Shown piece by piece: positions 41,638 through 55,808 of a stretch of 64,000 nt of DNA. The notes beneath the pieces were generated by a model. The model ran no database searches. It saw nothing but the letters and a program-made list of their open reading frames with translations, and had not been told where the DNA came from. A program made the position numbers and the translations under genes. The stretch is from Chrysomallon squamiferum (Eukaryota > Animalia > Mollusca): the NCBI GenBank assembly GCA_012295275.1, contig CM022676.1:5704001-5768000 (forward strand). The letters are read 5' to 3'. Numbering within the stretch: the stretch's first letter is position 1; every line of letters starts with the position of its first letter.

Positions 41638-43479
41638 GTTTAATGGTTCAGCAAAAGAGATGTTTCGCAGTATTTGTAAACACAGCGACTATCAGAGCTG
41701 TAATACTCCTATTTACACTTGTATGTTTTAGCAATTACAGAAAAAGAAAAAGATAAAAAAAAAAAAATGAAGTTAAAAAAAAAAAAAAAAAAGAGAAAGA
41801 GAGAAAATTTCGTGATGCAAATGATCGCAACGAACTGAGTCAGCTTCTCCTAGAATCTCGGTGGTCTCACCAACTTAATGCTGTATCATTTTTATCTCGG
41901 CACAAATTGTGATGGTTTCGAAGCAGTTCCTTTTGCATGATAACCATCAGTTCATTCCCCGCTTGTACCTCTCAGCTAAGACGAGTCATGCCCGATCCAT
42001 TCACCCATATTGGAGTTATGCGATATCTGACTTTATTGTCCCTCATTTGCATAAAAATTACACATCTTCTACTCAGAACATGTCATCAGTGATCTGTCAA
42101 TACTTGAGGTGACTAACCTTAATTTTTGACATTTGATTTAGGTCTGTTTTTTTTAATCTTCGTCTTTCCCTGAGTTAGGATTTGAGGTCGAAGGTCGCAT
42201 CGGAAATGTTGCTTGATTTACTCAAAGCAAATTGCCGATTTTGAGTTTAATGTGATTGACGAGATTGTATTCTGTGAAATTTTTGCGAGAAGAAAGAAAA
42301 AAGGTTTAGAGTAAATTTTTGAAAAAGGAAAAGATAAATGGAAAAATCGGTTAAATCCTTTTCATAATTTGATAAAAATAAGAAAAAGTAAAAAGATAAA
42401 AGTATGAATGAAAATATAAAATGAAGAATTTTTTTTCGAATTTTTAAAAGATGAAAAGTAAAATAAAGAATTTAGCAATTTTGTTTTTTTTCTGAAATTT
42501 ATTTTTGAAAAAAATAATAATAATTTCTGATATTCTCGTGAACTCTTAGTGACAAAAAAAATAATTGAGAATTTGTTATGATTAAAGTATTTTTTTAAAA
42601 CTGAGATTATGGGGAAGAAATTTCAAAAATGACACTTTGAGAATGTTTTAGTAGTTCTGATTTCAGTAAAAAAAAAAAAAAAAATGAAAGAAAATGAAGG
42701 AATGTAGAATTTGTTCTAAGTTAAACAGTTCTTCAAGATTATAGGAATGCTGACAATTTAAATAATAATAAAATAAAATAAAATATTTTAACAAAAACCA
42801 CCAACCCCAAAACTCCAAAGAATAACTGAGTTTTATTTACCTTACAAAAATACTCATAATTTGAACAAAAAGAATTTTAGGAGTAAAACGGTTCAAAAAG
42901 AATAAATATAAATTAAAAAAATCTGTTACAGTTTAAATAATTCTTCAGAATATGGCAAAGAGAGGCTAATTTTCAAAATGGTGTACTGAATATTTAAATT
43001 ACTTTTGTAATACTCCTCATAATGTGAAGAAGAAAAAATGGGGGAGAAAAAGTAAAGTTTAATAAGAAAGAAATATGTTGAGAATTTACAGCAATTTAAA
43101 TACTTCTTCAGTGAAGTGTAGGTGTGTTGTGCACTTTTGTTTTAGTATTAATAATTTTCAATTAAAACTAGAATGAGTAAAAAAAGTAAATTTTCTGAAG
43201 TACTTGGAGACTGAGGAACGGAAGTTCTATGACTGCAGAAATAATCCTTTTCAGAATTTAATAAAATAATAATAAATTAATGAATTTTAAGAGTAAAGTT
43301 AAAAAGTACTATAAAAAACAAAACAAGACAGGCACAGAAAAAGTTAATTTGAATATATGTTTGTATGTGTGTGTTTGTGTTTTTATGTATGTATTTGAAT
43401 GTATGATTGTAATGTTTGTGTGTGTGTATGTGTGTGTATATATGAACGTATGTATTAACATGTATGCATGTATGTATAT

Positions 43480-43578
43480 ATAAGTGCATAAAAGAAATGT
43501 TTGTATATATGTATGTGTGTATGTATATATGTCTATATAAATGCATAAAACAAATTTGTATATATATATATATGTGTA

Positions 43579-43609
<31 letters not shown>

Positions 43610-43752
43610 AAGTGTATAAAACAAATTTGTATATATATATATATGTATGTTTGTTTGTGTGTGTGTGTAAGTGTATAAAACAAATTTGTATATATATATA
43701 TATGTATGTTTGTTGTGTGTGTGTGTGTGTAAGTGTATAAAACAAATTTGTT
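43480..43752. repeat. ~62-bp compound tandem repeat (tataaaacaaatttg + (TA)n + (GT)n), 4 copies
   Basis: Direct copies are visible. Confidence 0.85.
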
Positions 43753-44204
43753 TATTACATCAGCACTATGACATTAATCTCACTCTCTGACAGCAGTAAG
43801 AACTGACATCAATTCTAACACACACACCACAATCTTTTAAATTACTTCGGCCCATCAGCGATGAAAGTCAATTCAAAAAAATCTACATATTTCCCTAAAT
43901 ATGTATTGCATGGCTCGCTGGTAGATATCAGTGTTAGATGACACTTGAGGAGATGGTGATGTATGCGGTATCTCTTGTATCTCCCCGATTTGTTTCCACA
44001 GCTGATTAGAGCACGAAGAATTCATCTTGATTCCCTCGTTCAATCCCAGAAAGTCAGAAACAGTTGAAAAATGGCCGCCGGGTCAATGGGGTCCCTCTCG
44101 GACTAAGCATGTTAAGATCGGTCATTGAGAAGATAGCATTCATTGTTCAAATACTATCAGTGTCCAATGATTTACTGTGTGACAGTTGCTGATAATGGCG
44201 GACA

Positions 44205-44236
<32 letters not shown>

Positions 44237-45969
44237 CGTCCGCTCTGATTGGTCCATCATTGCAGTGCTTGATGGACGAAGAGATCTGATTGGCCGAGAG
44301 ATAGATAATGGCTAAAACATGGATTCTTTTGTAGCTGGAGTGATCCGATAGGTTTAAGATTAGCCTGACTGTGAAATATGCTAATTTATTGCACGGATGA
44401 AGTAATATTAATTAGTTTTATGGACAAGATTGATAATGGTTATTAATCTTACAAGTCCTGTGAGAAAAATTTTGACTTTTGGGTCAAGATGTTTGTATCT
44501 GGTGAAGTTCTTTAAGTACTTGGCAAAGATTATTTAAATTATTTTGCTTTCTAACCAGTAATGTATTACAATAGTAGTACTAGAAGCAGTAGAAGTAGTA
44601 ATGGTAATAGAAGTAGTAGTAACAGTAATATTAGTAGTAGCAGCAGTAGTACTAGTGACATTTGTAATAGTAGTAATAGTAATAGTAGTAACAGTATAAT
44701 AATTGTAGTAATAATAGTGGTACTATTAGTAACAGCAGCAATGGAAAAATAATGGTGGCAGTAATAGTAATAGTAATGGTAATAGTAATGGTAATAGTAG
44801 TAGTAATAGTAGTAGTAATAGTGGTAGTAGTAGTGATGCTAGAATAATAAGTGATAACAGAATTCTAAGCAAAGCATCTTTATTATTTTTCAGTCTGTTG
44901 TTCACTATTGTTGAATAATCATAACTTTATATGGTTTATAAGTGTATAAGTAATTAAAATTTTATCAAAATATGCACAGAAACATTTATTTAAAAAAAAA
45001 AAAAATAATAATTGTAATAATATTTTAATCACGATTCATTTTCTTCTTCTTTTCTGTCAATAAAAAAAAAAAAAAATGTCCATGCAACATTTTTTTTTTT
45101 TTTTTTTTTTAACTTTTATTTTATTAATAAAAAAAGATAAACTTTTATAATTGTATGGATCATCAATTTGACTTCATCACTATATTTTTTTTATTTTATT
45201 TTAAAATCTAAAAAAAAAAAAAAAAAATTATCCATTCTTTGTTAGTGAGTAGACACAAGGCTTAATTTGTTCTGAAATATGAATTAATAATGTCACATTT
45301 GCCGCGGAGTAATTACATCATGGATGCCACAGCAACATGCTAAACGGTTACACATGCATCATGCTCCCCAGAGGGGGGTGTGTGCAGGAAAATTCACGAT
45401 TTTTCACGCATCAGTGAATTCCTTTCAACATGTGCTCCATTCAGATTTCTTTTCTTTTCAAATTTCAAAAAAAAAAAAAAAAATTTAAAATAAGAAAATT
45501 ATTTGGTAATCGACATTCATTACACATTTTATAATCATCCTTTATTGCCATGGAAACGAGAAGTGATTTTCGAAGATTTTTCACCCCATCCACCCTTTGT
45601 TTTGAACATCCCTTTTGTGCGAGGTCTTTTGGAGGTTCGGTGAGGCGTGACATATTATGATGCCTGTTTTGTTGGTCTATTGTTTACTGGTGCAGATTTT
45701 GGTTGTAAAAAAACATAAAAATCAATGAAGTGGATAGTTAGGATGTTTAAATGGACGCCGTATTTCTGTGTCTTTGACAATCTGTAGGAAAAGGATTTAA
45801 GAGTTTCTCATTTCTTTAATTTCCTTATTTTTAATTTTTACTGTTTAGAAATTTTAATTTAAATCTGCATAGTTTCTGACTAACTCTTACTAATTCTGCT
45901 ACTACCAGCTATCACTATCACTACAGTGGATGTTGTTGTTGGTGTTTTTATTTTCATCATCAACATCTA

Positions 45970-46000
<31 letters not shown>

Positions 46001-47627
46001 AAGAGTATTACTCTTTGTTTCATTTTTTCTATAGTTATATCATTATTTCATATTTAAGATATATTTTGGTTTTTATTTTGAATTATTTTAGTGATGTAGT
46101 TTTAATTTTGAAAAAAAAAAAAAAAAAAAAAACGTTTTATACATTTTTATTTTGTACATTCAGCATCATGGTTATTATTCATAAAAACATTAATCTCCAT
46201 CATCATAATCTTATAGAAATCAAAATTTTAATACATCTTTTTTCATTATTAATCTTAATCACATAATTATAGTAATAAATACTCTTTTATTTACCATTTT
46301 GAAATAAATGTTTCTTTATTCATTGATCATATTTTATTATTGTTTTATTTTCTTCCCAATAAACGGCAATGTAGCCATAAAGGTCAAAATGTAAATATTA
46401 ATAATCAATCAAATCATATCTTTCTTTTTTTATTTATTTTTATTTTTTTATTTTTTCATTTCTGCAGAAGCTTAACCTGATACGTCATTCTTTTTTTTTT
46501 TTTTTTTTTGTTCTTTTTTTTTTAACCTTTTCAGTCTTGATCAATTCTGCAACACTGACCTTATCGCGACTACCAATTTCACCTTCCACCATAACTAATG
46601 GACTATATTTCAATGTTTGTTTATAAACCAGTAATTCTCTAAACATTTATTCCGTCAAGTTTTTCACATCACGTTCAATCCCATACTCCCCGAGAGACGG
46701 GGGAAATTCCTCCTTTGCAATGATACGAAACGATTAAATTGGAGCAGCTCTGCATGGCGGAGAATGACGAAGAATGACGAGAAAAAATTCATAGAAAAGC
46801 AATCAAATATGAGCGTGGGTAATTAGATAGTTCCCGCGTGTCGACACTTTCATTTTTCGCCGGATATGAATTATTTATCACAGAATTATCACGTTGTTGT
46901 TTCATGCCCTCACATGCATTTTGCAGATCTGTAATTTGTACGAAATTACCGACGTTGTTGCAGTAAAAGTGTTTCTCTTCGACGGTCCTGGCTTCTGAGT
47001 AATTGAGTAAAGCTGTCACATTTAAAACGTGCTTGTAGAATTTGTATTGTTGATTTTTAAAGATTATTCATTTTATTGTTAATTAATTATTTCATTATTA
47101 TTATTATTATTATAAGTAAAAGTATTCTGTTATTTAAAAATTATTTATAAATAGAAAAAAATGGTATTTTCGTTTTTGTAAATTTCAAAAATTTCTTTTA
47201 ATTCTTTTTCATTTTTCTTTCTTTCTTTCTGTTTTGTGTCATTTTGTTGGTTTTTTTTTTTTTTTTTTTTTCATTGTTTCATTTATAAAACATTTCTTTC
47301 AAACTTATATGAAAAAATAATACTAAAATAAAAATAATGGAAGGTTTTTATTTTCATCGTGAACACTAATTAATTAATAATAATAATAATAATAATAAAA
47401 GAATATATATATTTGTTTTAAAAATAATATTGAAATATTTCTAAAGTTGGGACATTTCTGTCCGCCTTTTAGCGGTTATCCCATATGTGGAACTTCTGAT
47501 TCCTATAATAAAAATGTTTATCTATTTCATTAGCTTGAAAATTGCTTTCTTAATATCTCATTGCTTAATTAATTACACATTTTCAATCCGAACAAATGGA
47601 GCTCTCTACGTCCTAAAGATAACATAA

Positions 47628-47700
47628 TGACCAGATGGCGGCCATTTTCTTTACAGAGCAACTTTTTTCAAAATTTGGGTCCCCGGTAACAGATGGCTCT
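47628..47700 (+). promoter_or_regulatory. CTCF-like / double YY1 site
   Basis: TGACCAGATGGCGGCCATTTT contains opposed ATGGC/GCCAT cores. A second ACAGATGGCTCT lies at 47689-47700. Confidence 0.45.
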
Positions 47701-48223
47701 CTAGCGAAGAAGATAGAAAATTGTGACTCTTCGTCTATAATAGGATTTTTCTAATGAGGAAGCAGAATGAGTATTTTGTGCATGAATGAAAGCTTGTAAA
47801 CTAATTGACATTTCTAGGTCAAAGGTCGAAATGTTAAAGATCCGTCTGCTTTTGAATAAAAGACCGTCAGCCGGGCGTTGATACGCTGTAAATTGTTCGC
47901 TGTTAATTTTCTAACAGAATATTCTCTGCTGTGTTAATTTTCTTGCAGAATTTGAGTCCTTCTTAATAGCATTATCGCTGCTTAGAATGGCAGACGAAAT
48001 CTGTGAATGAGAAATAGTGATTAATACGGATAATATTGTTAAATAATTTGTCGGTGCTCGACGTTGTCACTGCACGATGTCGTCATCCTGTTACGGCTTA
48101 AGTTTCAACAACCACACGTCCACCGAGAGCGATAAATTAAAATTAAAAAGAACAATTTTCAGACGGTTGAAATAGTTGAAAATTAATAGTTAATTTTATT
48201 TCATAAAAATAATGAACAAAACA

Positions 48224-48256
<33 letters not shown>

Positions 48257-48699
48257 TAATTTTTTAAAATTATTATTATTTATTCAATTTTTTAAAATTA
48301 TTATTATTATTATTATTATTATTAATTTTAAAATTATTATTATTAAACAAAGCAAAAATTGCAAACAAATGAAAAAAATCATTAAAAAATAAATCCATCT
48401 TTCTGTCGAGACGTACATGTCAACTATGAATTCATACAATTAAAAATATTAAATATATATTTCCATCCATCCATCCATCCATCCATTCAGTTGTCTTTTT
48501 CAGATTTCCATCAAAAGGTATTATCCTATTTCTCCACTCCATTCATCAGTCAGTTCAACTCCAACACAGTCAGAGAAACACTCTCATTTATTGCATTAGC
48601 GTATTAAATATTAATTCAGACATCATCGGATTCATTTTTAATTTGAAGATCCCACACAATCCCGTCTTCTCATATTTCAAAGAGAAATGAGTAAAGAGC

Positions 48700-49760
48700 T
48701 CTATCAGGAAAAGATAACTCTAATGCATAAACTGTTCCAATTTATTTTTTAATATTATTTTTTTTTTTTTTTTTTTTTTTTTCTTGTTTATTTGGGCTTT
48801 TTTTTTTTAATTTATTTATTTTTTTTTTTTTTTCATTTAGTGTTAATAGATTTCTGTATCATAGAAAATAATTTGAAATGAATTTTAAAAAGATATACTT
48901 GAGTTTTATGAGAACAGAGCCATTCAGCACTTTTCCACAGAGCATGAATGTACTCTTACATAGAAAAAAGAAAACAAACAAGAGTGCATCATGAAAAGGC
49001 TACTCCAACTTGAAGATGAATCAGCTTTTTTTTTTCTTAATAGTTTTTACCAGTTGTTCGATATCTTTGAAATGATGACATTTTAAAGAGCAATAAATAA
49101 GTAAATAATATAAACCATGTTAAATAATAAAATAATAATAATAAATAATAATAATAAAGAAATAAAGAAAAAGACTCCCAGGAAAAGATGATCTGCTAAT
49201 ATCCTGAATTGATTCTGATTCTTTTCCTATTCCATAATTAAAACTCTCAGCTGAATTCTATGCCTAACTACTATTTTCTCAAAACTGTTACCACTGACAT
49301 AAAAATAAATAAACAGTCTGTTTGAAAACTAGAGTTTTAACAGGAAAAGACTACTCCAGCAAAGCACTACATAATTAAATTATATGTGTTTCTTCTTTTT
49401 TTTAAAATAATATTATTAACAATCTTACTCTGTACAAAATGTCTGCATACAAATAAGTAATTATAGTGTTATAGTAAGCAAGAATTTTGTAAGGAAAAGA
49501 CAACTCCAATCCAAAACTGCATTATTCAGTTCTAATTCTTTGCTTGCTATGTTATTAACCAAATTATTATTATTATTATTATTTTAAAGGATACAAGATT
49601 TCTATCAGGAAAAGATTACTCTAATTCAGCATCGTTGTCTGATTCAGTTCTAATTCTTTTCTCTAGTATTAACCATCTTTTTTCTGTAAATAAATGTGTT
49701 TTTAAAAGTACATCAGTAAAAGACTACTCTACTGCATAATTCAATTCCAATTCTTTCTTG
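48700..49760. repeat. Degenerate tandem array anchored by aggaaaagaYwactc, about 7 units
   Basis: Anchors at about 48706, 48993, 49180, 49342, 49492, 49607 and 49715. Confidence 0.6.
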
Positions 49761-50165
49761 TGTTATTATTCCCAAAACTGACAGTATACAATAGAGAGGG
49801 GAAAAAAAACAACAAATTATTAAATATCTTTTTATACGTCATTAAACAAATACATCATCATAAATGAAATGAAAGTTATTCATATTAAACCGTTCAGGTG
49901 ATTAATACTTCAAGTGTTGCCCAACAATTGCAGAACTACGAAACAATTTCATTCATTTCCCCCACAGGACAAAATTACCACACACCATGTTAGATCTTTT
50001 CTGTAGATTGAATACAAGATGGTATTACACATTGCAGGGGGTTATCTTTCCTTGTTACCTCTCCAGCACCAGTGAGATACTAAAATCATCATTTCAAGCT
50101 GTTTAATGGATGTGTCGTTTATCGCTGGAAATTAATTATTGATTTGGAATCTATAGTTGTTGTGG

Positions 50166-50198
<33 letters not shown>

Positions 50199-51211
50199 CT
50201 TTCCGTTCCATGTTATTGTTATTTTTGTTTAATTTCTAGGGGGGATTAGCAGAAAATTTAATAAAAGGTTTTAGCAGATGCTTTCCTTATCCTGGTTTTG
50301 TAAATGGTTAAGAGCCCATGAGGAAATGATGCAACTGCTTTATGTTTGAAAGAATTTGAGAAATGAATATAAATTGTTAATAACGAATTTGATATTACTC
50401 CCAGATACAATTACCGACACTGGTATGGTATATTAAAATATTTTGTTTCCTTGAAAATATGAAAAATAATGATTATACAGATATCGGTCTATTACATGAT
50501 TTTATACAGGTGTCGGTCTATGTTTTCTGATAAGCTTTAAACGGGAGATGATCAAGATTTCTGGATATTTTAAGAATATAAAATAAAAAAAAAAACTGTA
50601 TTTAACAGATACAGGTTAATATGCCTCTGAAGCCACATTTGTGAATCAAGGCTTAATATAGATTTAAAACATCAAATTTGCAATGAAAATAAATAAAAAC
50701 ATGAATAACGGATACAAATTGGTACCCTTCTAAAGCCAGATTTCTGGTATATATATATATATCCATCCCTATATTATATATAATAAATATGAATTAGAAA
50801 AAGCACATGTACACACACAAACCATGTAATTAAATTAATTTTTTCAACAACAAAAGAATAATAATAAATAAAAAAAACGAGTAAAAAATTCTATATGTAA
50901 CTGATACTAATTATTTCCCCTAAAAGCATCATATATCACAGTTTAGTTCACCATGCGGAATAACTTGCATGTCCTCCATCTCTAAATCACGCACACGATT
51001 TTTATAATACTGCAACGTAATGAATTAGTCATAATTTTACATAATTGCTGTCTCCAAATTTCTTGTCTCTGTCTCTCTCTCTTTTTTATCTCTGCAATAT
51101 ATTGTCATCAAACATGAGGAAAGGAAATCTTATCTCCAGAAATCTTTCATGCAAAAAATTTAATTCTTTTCAGATTTGCAGAGACCAAAGACTGCAAAGA
51201 CTGGAGGGGAA

Positions 51212-51301
51212 ATAATTATAGGATCGCTAGCCAATCAGAGGAAGTGAGACAAGATAATTATAGGATTGCCAGCCAATCGGAGGAAGCGAGACAAGATAAT
51301 T
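51212..51301 (+). promoter_or_regulatory. 42-bp tandem duplication carrying CCAAT + ETS-like motifs
   Basis: ataattataggat..agccaatc(a/g)gaggaag(t/c)gagacaag occurs twice. Confidence 0.55.
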
Positions 51302-51399
51302 GTGTTCAAGGGCAGGTAACAAATTGATATTTGTCTAATTTCATTGCTTTTATGTTTTCTTTGTTACTTGTTGGGGTTTTGTTGTTATGACTACTAAAG

Positions 51400-52094
51400 T
51401 CGCTGTAGCTGCAATAATTAGGTTATTATTACAAATACTACTACCGGTATTGCTGTTACTGTTATTACTATTACTACAGTTATTATTACTAATACTATAC
51501 CTTTGTTGCCATTACTAACTACATTTATTATTACTAATATTATACTTTAGTTATCACTATTACTAAAGTTATTATTATTAATATAATTTTGTTTTAACTA
51601 TTACTACAATTAATATTACTAATATTATGCTTTTCTTGTCATTATTACTAAAGTCATTGCTATTACTGTTGCTATCACTATTACTATAACTACTACTAAA
51701 CTATACCTACTGTAACTGATGTTGTTACTTCCTCTGTTACTAGTACTACTGCTAATACTACTTCTACTATTACTACTTTAATTATTATTACTATTACTGT
51801 GACTGCTACTACTACTGCTGCTGCTGCTGTTTCTACTGCTAGTAATACTAATACTACTTCAGCTCCTACATTGTTATTACTACCACCACCACTATTACTG
51901 CTACTACAACTACTCTCTTAAACTTAACAACTGTTTTTAAAAGTACTACTACACCAGTACCATGATTACTACTATTACTGCTGCTGCTACTACTAGAACT
52001 ATTACTACTACTATTACTATTACTACTACTGCTACCATAATTACTACTTCTAAACCATAACCCCTGTTACTATACTACTGCTGCTTCTGCTGCA

Positions 52095-52151
<57 letters not shown>

Positions 52152-52499
52152 GCTACCACTACTAGATTATTACAACTGTTGCTGCTACTGCTACTTCTAA
52201 ACCATAACCATGGTTTCTGCACCACCATTACTACTGCTACTACAACTATTATTACTACATTATTATTAACATTATCATCATCATCACTGTTACTATCACT
52301 ATTGTTACTGTTGTCATCATTTTGATTATTATTATTGTCCTCATCATTATTATTATTATTATTATTGTTATTATTATTATAATTGTTGTTGTTAATATTA
52401 TTATTACTGTTATTATTATCATTATTATTATTATTATTATTATCATTATTATTATTTTTATTATTATTATTATTATTATCATTATTATCATTATTACCA

Positions 52500-52533
<34 letters not shown>

Positions 52534-52540
52534 CAAAACT
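51400..52540. repeat. Long degenerate trinucleotide tract (ACT/GCT grading into ATT)
   Basis: About 1.1 kb of triplet periodicity. Confidence 0.9.
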
Positions 52541-53205
52541 TAAACATAATATTACATCATCCCCCTATTATTAATTCAAAAATTTAATTCAAAATCCCTT
52601 TTTCTAGCCTCATTCTAGATTTTAATCGAAAATTAATCATGACAGGTCTCCTTCTAAATTATCCCTTATTAATTTGATCAAAATTGGATTAAAAATAATA
52701 AAAAGAATTTAAAAAAATAAAACTGCAGTGAGACCGTCCGTTTCCGATAAAAAGCATATGAAGTCGATAATTATCAATTCTCGATGTCAGATTAATTAAA
52801 CACACTTTAAGTTTGCGCAATTCACCAGCATAAATTACTGAAATCAGGAAACTCAATTTCAAATAAACTGATAGAAATTTTTTTGAAAAGATGATTTGAA
52901 TGCCATTTTGGATTATTTCAAATGTTCATCTACGCTTACGTTTATATTCTCTTGTATAAGTTGAAATTTTAGTTTGAAATATTATTAAAGTATGTAAAAA
53001 ATAATATATATTAATTTATAATAATAGTATACATATGGATTATATGTGTTTGTGTGAATGTGGTGTGTGCAGTAATAACAAACACATTTTTAATACACTC
53101 AGTATGACACAGCCTGAATATGAAAACACAAACATGCACACACAAACACGCACACACAACATACATATATATGCATACATATAAACCCACACCCAGTAAC
53201 ATACA

Positions 53206-53283
<78 letters not shown>

Positions 53284-53872
53284 ACACCATATTCCTTTAC
53301 TATTTTTCAAACTGTTTGAACAACTCAACACACAAAACAAAACGACTGACATATTTAACATTCTGCCAACATCAGTTTACATTCACTTCTAATTAAAAAC
53401 TAAAAAAAAATTTGAATATTGTAAACCATACCTCCACACCTAATTGACAAATCACCTGAAAGGTGAAATAATTAGAGGTAAATTACAGGTAAATTATACC
53501 CAAAGGACAAAGAGCCCTATAACTGCCAATATTACCTTTTCTCACCTTACAGGTAAAATATCTGCCACCAGCCACCAATGACTCACCTTTTGTCTCTGTT
53601 GCCATTGGCAACAGCGTAACTCTGTGATCTTCAAAAATCAGTGTAAATTGATGCTTATTAAATTTTGAGCGATGAATCGTTTTGTTTGATTAAGTCATGT
53701 GGCCAGTGTTTACATTAAATTTGTGGCAAGAAAAAAAAAATGTCTTCTCGTTTTACAAAAATGACCAAGATTTGTGTGTATTGAATTTGTCCAAAGTTTT
53801 TCTTCAGTAACTGTAACAGTTATATTCTGTTACAGTTTTCTATTGAAACCTTTGATTTGTGAAATATAGAAT

Positions 53873-53913
<41 letters not shown>

Positions 53914-54708
53914 GAAATATATGAGTATGTGTGTGTTATATACATTTGACACTTATATTATATATTAATATTTTACATTTGATATGTATGTTAAATACAG
54001 ACAAACAGACAGACAGAGATAGATATAGAAAGAGAAAAAGTATATATACAGTACTTTATTGAATGAATTTTTTTTAATATAAAACAAATATTAATATATA
54101 TAATATAATCTGTATGTGATATACACTTTATATTAAACATTCGTATGTCATATGGTCAGGTTTATAGTTAATATATATCATGTTAACTAATATTAAAAAG
54201 TAATCATTTAAAAATGTATATTTTTGTAATAATATGAAAGATAGAGAAGAAATGATGCTAATGTTTCTTTAAGTATTGTTTTGTTTTTCTTTTGCTTTAT
54301 GATTATCTATACATTAGCCTTTTTATATATTGTTTTGTTTTGTTGTTTTTTTGTTTTGTGTTTATTGTTGTTTTTTTAATTCATGCTTTTGTCTTGTTAC
54401 AAATAAACTTTGTTGTTATTATTTTTTCAGTTTGTTTTCCTTTCAGTGTAAATAAAGTTGTGTTTATTACTTTCTTGTATTATTGTTTGTTCTTTTTGTT
54501 TTGTCTGTTACAAATAAACATACTGAAGCTTAATTATTTGTTTTCACCACTCTTCTCTTATATTTCTTCTTCATTTTAGTTTATTGTTCTGTTGTTTTCT
54601 ATTACAAATAATAACACTTCCTTCCTGGTTTAATTTGTTCTCTTTATTACAAATAAACATGCTTTTATCTCTTTCTGTAGTACTCTCTGTTTATCATTCT
54701 CTCTCTCT

Positions 54709-54769
<61 letters not shown>

Positions 54770-54992
54770 CTTTTTCTTTAGCATTCTTAGGTTCTCATTT
54801 CTTTCTCTTCTTCTTCTTCTTTCTTTTTCTTTTTTTTTCTCTGTCCTTCTTTTCTCTTTTTATTTTTGTCTCTCCACATTTTTTTCTCATGTGTCCTGTT
54901 GATTACAATCTTATTTATTGTATTCTCTATCTCTCAAATCATCATACATCTATATTTTCAAAATACAAAGTTGATTACAATCTGTCTCTGTT

Positions 54993-55073
<81 letters not shown>

Positions 55074-55138
55074 AACTCACAAAACACACACACACATTAC
55101 CACAAGATAAACATTTTGTATCTCTGTTGTTGCATGTA

Positions 55139-55191
<53 letters not shown>

Positions 55192-55777
55192 GGACATCCA
55201 AGCACACACACACACACACACACACTACACTACACTACAAAACAAACGTATTTTTAATTACTGCTTCTGTCGCTGTTGCCGAGCTTGTTAAAAGGCACCA
55301 TTTGGTCATCTAATCCAACTAGGATGGGGCAAAAAGCAAACTCTTGTCAAACCACCAGAGAGATGAAATAATGAAAAGAGTTTTAACATTCAATATGTTT
55401 CCTCAGTCTCTGGAGTCCCTTTTTTATCGAATGCTATTAAACTAAAAAAAAATGTCTTCTTTTGTCTTCTTGACATGGTAAAACACTTGAATCCAGGAAG
55501 GGAATTATCAAATTAAAAAATCCATCTGGTCTTCAGAAAAGATTTACTTCTAAATTTCACACTTGACGCAAATCGGGCCAGAATTAGAAATGTTTAAATA
55601 ATGAAAACAGTTTCTGTTTTAATAACTTAATTTGAGAACGGAATTGTCTTCTCTTTAATAACTCATTTTATTATTGTTGTTGTTATTATTGTTGTTACTA
55701 TTTTATTATTATTATTATTATTTTTTTTTTTTTTTTTTTTTTTTTAATTTGAAAACAGAATTCTTTTATATTTATAA

Positions 55778-55808
<31 letters not shown>

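Noticed and set aside
49430-49443. 14-nt minus-strand microexon candidate
   Set aside because: It lies inside a degenerate tandem repeat and needs a phase-0 upstream exon that I did not find.
51400-52540. Mucin-like Thr-rich coding exon
   Set aside because: Degenerate triplet repeat that grades into (ATT)n, with no supporting splice or start signals.
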